Assembly (NCBI GenBank): GCA_028826165.1
Contig: JAPDFW010000092.1
Location: forward strand, 496,001-560,000
Reading direction: 5' to 3'
Length of the DNA: 64,000 nt
Source of the DNA: Anaeramoeba ignava BMAN
Taxonomy: Eukaryota; Protista; Anaeramoebae
The notes under the pieces are model-generated. The model saw only the letters and a list, made by a program, of their open reading frames with translations. It was not told the origin of the DNA and made no database searches. The translations under genes and the position numbers were made by a program. Positions 49,153 through 58,510 of this stretch are shown here, in pieces; position 1 is the stretch's first letter, and the number at the start of each line of letters is the position of its first letter.

Positions 49153-51229
49153 AAAACTTCCAAATTCAACAATTAAAAATCCATTCAAAGAATTGAAAAT
49201 AGAAGATTTTAGAAAAATTGAAAAAAAAGATGTAAATTATTTTGATTTTTGTTAAAATTATTTAAAAGAAAAAAAAATCAATTATCTAATCTAATCTAAT
49301 CTAATCTAATCTAATCTAATATAATCTAATCTAATCATAAAAAATTTTTTGTTTTTATTCTTTTATTTATTTTTTATTGGAAAATTTAAATAGGTTCCTA
49401 AAGATTCTGATTATGTATTATTTATTTAACAAAAAAAACAAAAAACTCAAGATTTTTTTAAAAGAGAAAAAACAAAACAAATTTATTCAATTTATTTTAA
49501 TTTTTGGAAATAATTTAAATCAATAATTTAATTTTTTAATTTCTTTTTTAACAATCCAAAATTTTTAAATCATCAAATATTTTATATATTTATATATTTA
49601 TTTTTGGAAAAGATAAATCTATTTCCAAATTTTAAATTTATCAAAATGAAAAAATCAAAAATGAAAAATTAATTTCTTTTATATCCAAAATTAAATTAAT
49701 TAATTTACAAATATCCAAAAATTGAATTAAATTAAATTAAATTAAATCAAAATTAAATTAAAATTGAATTGAATTATTAAGAGAAAAAAGGGAAAAAATA
49801 ATGAATTAGTTTTATTATAAATATTTCATTATTTTTATTTGAATTTCTTTTAAGTAAATTTTTTTTAAATTAAATTATTTTTTATTATTTCCAAAATAGA
49901 AAAATATTAAGAAATTATTATTTAAATCCAAATTTTATTTTATTATTATTTTTATTATTATTTAATAAATTTAATCTCATTCTCCTTTTATTTTGTTTTA
50001 TTTATTGAAATAATTAATTAATTTTTTTTGATTAAAGAAATTATTTTTAGATTTCTTCTCAATTTAAATTCCACTTTTTTTCTTTTTTTCTTTTTGATTT
50101 TCCACTTTTTTTTCCTTTTCAAAATAATAAAATTAAAATTGAATTAAAAATATTTATTTCCAAAAGAAAAAAAAAAAGAAAAAGAAATAATAAATTAAAT
50201 CATTCTCCTTTTATTTTATTTTTTTGTTTGGAAATTGTTTTTTTTTTTTGAAAAATATCCTTTTAGATTCTTTTGAAGATTATTCTTCTTGGAGGAGATA
50301 ATATTGGAAAAACTCAAATTGTGAATAGATTTGTAAATAATAGTTTTCGTGTGGATTCTGCACCAACAATAGGAATTGATTACGAGGAAATATTTTTGGA
50401 AGTGAATGGAAAAATAATTATACTTCAAATTTGGGATACACCCAGTCAAGGTTTGTTTATAATTTCTTTTTAAATTAAAATCAAATTAAAATCAAAATTT
50501 ATTCCCAAAAATAATAATCAAATCAAAAACAAAAGGAAAATTTAAATCAATTATGAAATATTTCTTTCCTTTTTTTTTTAATTGAAAAAAATAAGAATTA
50601 TTTAAATTTATTTTCCAAAATTTAATTATTTTATTTATTATTTAATTAACAAAATATTTCTTTATTTTTTTATTTTGGAATTAATTTCCCAATTTCTTTC
50701 CTTTTTTATTTCATTTTTATAGAAATTTTCCGTTCAATCATTTCAAGTAATTTTTATTTTAAATTTATTTTCAAATTTTTGGAATATTAATTATCTCAAA
50801 ATTAAATATAAAAAAATTCCAAAAAAATTCCAAAAAATTAATTATTTTTTTTCCTTTTTATTTAAACAAAATTAAAATTGATTTAAATCAAAAAAAACAA
50901 TTTCCAAAAAATTAGTGCATTGTCGAAATACAGATGGAGTTTATGATATATAATGATGTTGATCGCTATATTAAAGTATTGGAAGAAAATGGTTATGATG
51001 AAAATATTCCAAAAATATTAATTGGAAATAAATGTGATTTGGAAAAGAAAGAAAAGTTTCAAAAGAAGAAGCTCAAAAATTTGCTGATAAAATTGGAATT
51101 CCATTTATTGAAACTTCTGCAAAAGAAAATATTAATATTGATGAAGCTTTTTTTCTTTTAATAAAAATGATATTACAAAATCCAAATTTCTACGAAAAAT
51201 TGCTAAATAGTAAATTGGAAAAGATTTAA
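49153..51229 (+). pseudogene. Degenerate Rab-like GTPase module without its own ATG, probably the 3' end of the BTB-ARM gene
   Basis: Exons 49394-49414 (VPKDSDY), 50267-50450 (ILLKIILLGGDNIGKT...PTIGIDY...WDTPSQ), 50723-50746 (EIFRSIIS), 50916-51229 (GNKCDL, FIETSAK); deletions around DGVYDI*, a frameshift near 51050, no C-terminal cysteines. Confidence 0.75.
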
Positions 51230-51648
51230 TTTAAGAAATAATTTGAATAATTATTAATTCAAAAAAAAACAATAATTATTTTATTCCACTTTTTTTTTTG
51301 GATTAAATAATTAAAGAAAATTAAATTTAAAATTTGATTTTAATTTTTTTGTTTTTTAAATTTAGAAAATAAGAATGAAAATTTCCAAATTTGAATAAAA
51401 ATAATATTTTCAATTAATAAAATAAATTCAAAATCAATTTAATTTATTATTTTAAATTTTAATTTATTATTTAAAAAATATTTTTATTCCACTTTTTTTT
51501 TTTGAATTAAAAATTTAATAAAAATAAAATTGATTATTTAAATAATAAAATAAATTTATTTTTCTTATTTATTGATTTAAAGAATTTAATTTAATTAAAA
51601 ATAAATGAAAATGAAATTAAATTTTGAAAAAAGAAAAGAAAATAATTT

Positions 51649-53038
51649 TTAAATGAAATAAGTTTCAAGTTCATCAAAAATCCATAAATCATAAGAACCA
51701 GCTAAATAACTTTTAGATTCATTTGTTCTTTCTTTAATTCCATTAGGTAGATTATAAGTAGTTCCAAAATCTGAATAACCAGGTTGTAAATTAGAATTCA
51801 AATAAAAATCTGGACCTCCTATTCCAGATAAACCTCCTCCAAAATATGGACCAAATTTGGAAAAATTAGATACAACAGAAACTCTTTTTTTTCCTTTTTT
51901 AATTAGGAATTTCTCTGGTTTTCTATCTCCTTTAGCATTTCTTAATGAAAAAATAAATGCATTTGGATCTTCAACTCCATATAAATTTTTATTAAATCCA
52001 ATTTGAGTAAATCCTCCAAAAATAAAATTATCTTTTGTTTTGATAATAACTAATGTTTTTCCTTTATCATCAACTGCTTCATGCCATTTTGTAGAAGAAA
52101 ATCCATTTATTTTTGCTGAATATCCTAATTTCATTTTGGAAAAGAATTCATTATCATTTATCCATTCTTTTAATTTATTGAAATATTCTTTTTCTTGAAT
52201 AATTTTTGATTTAAATCTTGATTTGAAAATTAATGATTTTTCTTTTTCAATAAATTGATTTAATTCTTTTTCATTTTTAATATTTTGGAATTGAATTAAT
52301 TTTTGTGAAATTTGATTTGGAATTAATTCTTGTTTCAAAGTATCTTCAATTTCTTGTTTTGAAAAATCAATAAATCTGATTTTATCAATAATATTTGGAA
52401 TTTGATTAATATTTGATTTATGTTTTTCCCCATTTTATTATTGATTGGAATAGTTCAAATTCATTTATTAAAATAAAATCATTTGATAAAAGTGAATTTA
52501 AATGATTTTCTTCAAGTTCAAGAAAAAATGAAGTTTTAATAAATTTATGTAAATTTTCAGAAATAAATTTATAAGAAGAATCTAATAATTGATTTAAGTT
52601 CATTCTTTCAGATAATTTAAGAATATCAACAATAGTTTCAATTTGTAAATTATTTTTGATAAAATTTAAAGAAATTTCAATTAATTCATCAATTAAATAT
52701 TTTGATGAAAAAATTAAAATTTCAATAACATTTTCTAAATTAATTTCAATTTTTCCTGAATAAAAATAATTCAAAATTGAAAATAGAATTGAATTTGAAA
52801 CATCTTTTAAAATTAATTTATTTTCTTGATATTCTTTCATTTTAGAATTAAAAAGAGATTTAAAATATTCACTTCTTGAAGAAAGAATTGATTTATGAGT
52901 TTTAAATGAAATTTTATTTTGTTCACAAATTATTTCAAAATCAAAATAACTTTCATATTGGTTTTGATTTTGATTTTGGTTTTGAAATAAATTTTTTAAA
53001 TCATTTGAAAGTTTTTCTAAATTTAAATAAGTTTCCAT
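51649..53038 (-). CDS. Intronless BTB/POZ-BACK-TLDc protein, copy 2 (single +1 frameshift at ~52428; error or pseudogene)
   Basis: Near-identical to copy 1 up to GGFTQIG; TGG GGA AAA ACA TAA here versus TGG GAA AAA CAT in copy 1. Confidence 0.88.
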
Positions 53039-53118
53039 TTTAAATAAAAAATTTAAAAATAAAAAAAATGAAAATCATTTTTTCTTTTTTATTTTTTCCT
53101 TTTTTTCTTTTTTTTTAA

Positions 53119-54247
53119 ATGAATTCAGATCTTGAATTACAAGAACAAAATTTGGAATCAGATTCTGTAAAAATTGTTTTATTAGGAGATTCAGGTGTTG
53201 GAAAAGTAAAACTTTTTAATTTAAAATTAAAATTTTTTCAAAAAAAAAGGAAAAATAAAAAAATATTTAATAAATAAATTTTCTTCATCTCAAAATAAAA
53301 GACTTCTTTAGCTCAACGTTTTGTAGATGGAATTTTCTCTACTCCAAATTCTACAATAGCAGTTTCATATTTTTCGAAAAAAATGTAGAGAAAAAAAAAA
53401 ACTAAAAATCTTTATGAAAATTTTTTGAAATTAAAAAAAATTAAAACAATTTTTGATTTATATTTTTTATATAACTTTCTGGAATGGATTATAATATAAT
53501 GTTTTAATCAGATGTATTAACCATAATGTGATAAGTGCAAAAATATGGGACACAAGTGGCCAAGAGAGGTTCAGATCGCTTGTTCCTTTGTACTATAGAG
53601 GAGCATCTATCGCGATTTTAGTTTTTGATATAACTTCTTTGAAGTCATTTGAATCCTTGAAAACATGGGTAAATGAACTCAATAGAAATGTGAGCAGAAA
53701 AATTATTAGTGTGATTGTTGCTAATAAGTCTGATCTTCATGAAAAAAGACAAGTTCCAAAAGAAATTGTTATTAATTATGCAAATTCAATTGGTGCAAAA
53801 TTGTTTGAAGCTTCTGCTTTAAATGGAGAAGGTATATTTATCCAAATTGAATAGAAATGATTCATAACATCATTTCGAAGATGCTTTTAATATTATTTTC
53901 AATATTCTGATTTTTTAATTCAAAAAAAATTAATCCAAAAAAAAAATCAATCCAAAAAAAGAAAAATTTTTCTCAATTTAAAAAAAATTTTTTCATTTAA
54001 AAAAAAAAAATCAATCAAAAAATCAAAAGGTGTTCAAGAACTATTTGTTGAAGCTTGTTCTGAACTTGAAATTGAGCAAGAATTTCCAAATAATTCTTCT
54101 CAAAAAAATCAAAAATCTCAAAATCCAAAAAATTGGAATAAACAAGTTATTCCATCAAATTTTAAAATTGAAAAAAATAATTTAAATTCTAATTCTAATT
54201 CTAATTCTAATTCTAATCAAAATAAAACAAAATCAACTTGTTGCTAA
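53119..54247 (+). CDS. Rab GTPase, Rab5/21/22-like; 4 exons
   Basis: KIVLLGDSGVGKTS, WDTSGQERFRSLVPLYYRGA, ANKSDL, EASAL, C-terminal STCC prenylation motif. Confidence 0.93.
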
Positions 54248-54550
54248 TCAAAAAGAAAGAAGAAATCAAAAAGAAAGAAAAAATCAAAAAGAAAAAAAAA
54301 AATCATTTAGTTTGATTTTGATTTTAATTGATAATCTTTTTAGTAATTGATTTTTTTTTTTTTAATTGGATTTGTTAATAATTTCTTCATTTATCAAATT
54401 TTCTACTTTTTTTTTTGATCTTTTTTATCAAAACAAATTTTTTTCATTTTCATTTTTTTCATTTTTTTATTTTCTTATTAAAAAAAATTCCACAAAAAAA
54501 AAATAACAAAACAATTTAATTCGTTATTTTAAAAAATTTTTTTGTTTTTA

Positions 54551-55854
54551 ATGGCAAATGAAAATTTATTAAATGAAGTTGAAAATTTACTTCAAGAAAC
54601 AATAAAAATTATTCAAAAAGAACCAAAAAAAAAAGAAGAAAAAAAATCAAATTTAACGAAATCAAAAAAACACAATAAAAAAACCGAAAATTCAAAATCC
54701 AAGAAAATAGAAAATAGTCAAAAAGAAAAACCAGGAAGAAAAACAATAAAATCAATGAATATAATAAATTTAAAAAGTCCAAATCAAAAAATATCGAAGA
54801 TGGCAAGTCTTGATTACATTACAAAAGATTTGGCAATAAGGAACCCAACTTTGAAGAAGACAGAAGTTCCTGAAATTGTTGATTGGGATCAAGATATTGA
54901 CTTCTCACAAAATAGATTCTTATTGCATCCAATAAATCAATTTCAACCTAAAATTCAACGTTCGAAAAATCGAACAGCAATTTCAATTGATCAATCATCA
55001 CCAAATTTTAAAATAACTCATTCAAACAGGCATGTTTCTACAAATCTCTTGAATTGGAAGGAAGATGATGTTGATTTTTCTTTTGAATTTGGAAATACTT
55101 CAAATGATAATTTTATTGATTCATTTGAAAAAAAAAAATTAAATGAAAATCAAAAAAATGATGAAAAACCCATTTTGCAAACAAATCAAGGAAATAAACT
55201 TTCTGAGATTAAGGAAAAACTCAAAAGTTATCAAGAAAAAGATTCACCGACAAAATCTTTATCAAAAAAGCATCCAAAATTGAAAAAAAGACCATCACTT
55301 GTTAGATATGGAAGTAATCCAATGATGCTTCGAGGTAAAAAGTCCATTTATATCCTTAAAATTCAATTATAAACATTATAATCCAATAGAAATAACTCTT
55401 CAATATTTTCCAATCTCAAAACTTCTTAATTTATCACCAAATTTTTCTGATTATTTTTCTGATTAAATTTTTATCACTCATTCAATCCAAAAAAAAAATC
55501 AATTTATTCTTTTTTGTTTTGAAAATAGTTTATAAAGGAATGAAATTTAATTCAATAAAAGGTTGTTGGGAAAATACTTCTATTAATGAACAGGAAGAGA
55601 TTGATTGGGGCGATTCTGATGAAATTCAACCAAATCCTCAAATTAGAGTTTCAAATTTTGGAAATTCAAATAATATTTTTTTTCTAACTGATTTTCAAAA
55701 AAGAAAACTTTCTTTCCTTGAAAAAAATCATAAAAATCAATTGAAAGGTTGGATTGGCAAAAATTCTTTATCTAATTCTGATAAAAATAGTTCTGCAATT
55801 TTAAATATGGCTCTTTTGTATATTGTTGTATCTTCAAAAAGAAATTCAAATTAA
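54551..55854 (+). CDS. Byr4/Bfa1-like protein (putative scaffold of the two-component GAP for Spg1/Tem1); exons 54551-55334, 55529-55854
   Basis: Acidic DWDQDIDF / WKEDDVDF motifs, RPSLVR, GMKFNSIKGCWEN and a following F...EKNH helix resemble Byr4/Bfa1 conserved blocks (recognised from memory, not searched). Confidence 0.55.
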
Positions 55855-56063
55855 ATTTTCTTTTAAAAAAGAAAAGATTATTTTGTTTTTATTTGAAAAA
55901 AAAAATAAGAAAATATAATTTTGTTCCACTTTTTTTTTAAAACAAAAACAAAAACAAAAACAAAAAACAAAATTAAATTAAATTAAATCAAATTTTTGAT
56001 TTTTAATTTTTTATTTGAAAATTTTGTTTTTGTTTTTGTTTTTTGGATTGATTAAAATTTTTT

Positions 56064-56682
56064 TTATTTAAACCATTTTTTAGCAGCTTGTTTAACTCTT
56101 TTATCAAACATAATAGAATCAATTGGAGTATTAATTTCATAAAAAGGATTCATTAAAATCTAATTTAAAAAAAAAATATCAAAAAATTTTTTAATTTTAT
56201 AATTTTTAATTTTATATTTTTTTTACTCTTGCAAATAAAGTATAAACGTCAGTAAAAAAGTGTTTAATATTATCTTCTGATTTTCCATCATGTAAAAGAA
56301 CAAAACGAACATCTTTATTTTTTATTTAATTTTGAAATTTCAATTTAAAATTTCAATTTAAAATTTTTTAACTTAAAATTTAACTTACGACCTGCAGTTA
56401 CAAAAGCAGAAACTTGAGAATCATTAAATTTATCAACAGTTTTCAAATACATATTTGATTTTGTCCAAACAATTTGATCAATTAAATCAAGTGATGCATA
56501 AATAATAAATTGGTTTAAATGAGATGAAGTTTCTTTCTATTTATTTTTTTTAATTATTAATTTTCTTTATTTAATTTTTATTTAATTTTTTTATTTTTTT
56601 TTTTTACATTTGAAGTTGTTGAAAAATCAGCATCATATAATGGAATATCATTTTTACCAATAATCATAAATGTAGCTGCCAT
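56064..56682 (-). CDS. TRAPPC2: TRAPP complex subunit 2 (sedlin/Trs20); 4 exons
   Basis: [63 protein letters not shown]. Confidence 0.95.
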
Positions 56683-56690
56683 TATTTTAA

Positions 56691-56740
56691 AGAAAAAATG
56701 AAAAAAATGAAAAATGAAAAAAATGAAAAAAATGAAAAAA
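56691..56740 (-). promoter_or_regulatory. Multimerised TTTTCATTTT initiator-like motif upstream of TRAPPC2 (representative of a window-wide motif)
   Basis: Five AAAATGAAAA copies on + within 60 nt of the ATG; the same motif precedes nearly every gene on its sense strand. Confidence 0.7.
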
Positions 56741-56818
56741 ATATTTTATTTATTTTTTTGGAATAAAAAGAAATAATAAAAAGGAATTAAGGAATAATTT
56801 AATCTTCTTTTTAAAAAT

Positions 56819-58364
56819 CTAAATTTCATTAAACTAAAATAAAATGAATTAATTTTTTAAATTAAATTTTTTAAATTAAATTTTTTTAATTAATTTACTT
56901 ACAATTCGAGAAATTTGAATCCAATCAAAAGATTTTTCAGGAATTTCTTTTGGATTTGATGTTTCTTCATCCCAACAATAAATTTTATTAAATGTTTTTG
57001 AAATTTTCCATTTTTTTTGTGGAATATCAAATGAATTATTAAATAAACAAATTTCATCTTTTGTTTCATTTTGATTTTCCATTTCTATTTCTATTTCCAT
57101 TTCCATTTGAATTTGGTTATTTTGACTTTGACTTTCTATTTTAATTTGACTTTCATTTTCAGATTTATATTGAGATTGTGATTGATATTCACTTGGAGAT
57201 TTATATTGACTTTGACTTTCATTTTCAGATTTATATTGTGATTGTGATTGATATTCACTTGGAGATTTATATTGAGATTGTGATTGTGATTGATATTCAC
57301 TTGGTGATTTATATTGACTTTGACTTTCATTTTCAGATTTATATTGAGATTGTGATTGTGATTGATATTCACTTGGTGATTTATATTGAGATTGAGATTG
57401 AGATTGTGATTGATATTCACTTGGAGATTTATATTGACTTTGACTTTCATTTTCAGATTTATATTGTGATTGTGATTGATATTCACTTGGAGATTTATAT
57501 TGAGATTGTGATTGTGATTGATATTCACTTGGAGATTTATATTGACTTTGACTTTCATTTTCAGATTTATATTGTGATTGTGATTGTGATTGTGATTGGA
57601 TTTGTGATTGATATTGACTTTGACTTTGACTTTGACTTTGACTTTCATTTTGTGTTTGTGTTTGTGTTTGTGTTTGTGTTTGTGTTTGTGTTTGTGTTTG
57701 TGTTTGTGTTTGTGTTTGTGTTTGTGTTTGTGTTTGTGTTTGTGTTTGTGTTTGTGTTTGTGTTTGTGTTTGTGATTGATATTGACTTTCATTTTCATTT
57801 TCATTTTCATTTTCATTTTCATTTTCATTTTCATTTTCATTTCCATTTTCATTTTCATTTTCATTTTGTGATTGTGATGGAAATTGACCTTGTGGTAGAA
57901 TTTGACTTTGACTTTGACTTTGACTTTGACTTTGAATTTGATTTTGATTTTGATTTTGACTTTGATTTTGATTTTGATTTTGATTTTGACTTTGAATTTG
58001 ACTTTGAATTTGAATTTGACTTTGACTTTGATTTTGATTTTGATTTTCAATTTTATTATTTTTATCATTTTCATTTATTAAATCAATTTTGGTTGGAATT
58101 TCTTGAAGTATTAAACCATAAAGATTTTTTGGTAAATCAATAACTCTTCCTTTTAATTGTTTTCCTCGAAATAATCCCTTTATTTTTTCTTTCAAATTTA
58201 TTTTTATTTTTATTTTTATTTTTGATTAAAATTTTAAATTTTGAATTTTAAAATTTACTTTCATCTTTAGAAAATTTAATTAACGGTTCAAAATAATTTT
58301 CAACTTTTGCTTCACCTTCATGATTAATTTGAAAAGGAAGCCAATGTATTTTAGATTCTTTCAT
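56819..58364 (-). CDS. RNASEH2C: Ribonuclease H2 subunit C with ~300-aa low-complexity insertion; 3 exons
   Basis: IHWLPFQINHEGEAKVENYF, FRGKQLKG...LPKNLYGLIL, TFNKIYCWD, FDWIQISRI. Confidence 0.85.
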
Positions 58365-58374
58365 TAAATTAAAG

Positions 58375-58415
58375 AAAAAAATGAAAAAAATGAAAAAATG
58401 AAAAAAATGAAAAAA
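58375..58415 (-). promoter_or_regulatory. Multimerised TTTTCATTTT initiator-like motif upstream of RNASEH2C
   Basis: Four AAAATGAAAA copies 15-50 nt upstream of the ATG. Confidence 0.7.
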
Positions 58416-58510
58416 TTAAATTTTTGTTCCACTTTTTTAAATTAAAAAGTTTTTTTATTGATTAACTTAAGTAAGTAATTAATTAAGTAATTAAGTAATT
58501 AATTAATAAA

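Noticed and set aside
50255-50266. ATATCCTTT resembling a U12-type (AT-AC) donor
   Set aside because: It lies immediately before the AG acceptor of a GT-AG intron whose flanking exons join in frame (DSDY|ILLK); no matching U12 branch or AC acceptor found.
13700-52430. Repeated +1 frameshifts in conserved genes (G-alpha ~13720, RGS-DUF547 ~17415, DCN1 ~22577, saposin ~41720, BTB-TLDc ~52428) as possible programmed frameshifting or RNA editing
   Set aside because: They fall in or beside homopolymer runs, share no consistent slippery-codon-plus-stop context (unlike Euplotes AAA-TAR), and co-occur with garbled consensus regions; sequencing error is the simplest explanation. Short-read polishing would settle it.
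21970-53038. DCN1 plus BTB adaptors as a functional cullin gene cluster
   Set aside because: Separated by ~19 kb of unrelated genes; BTB genes appear to be a multi-copy family, so proximity is uninformative.
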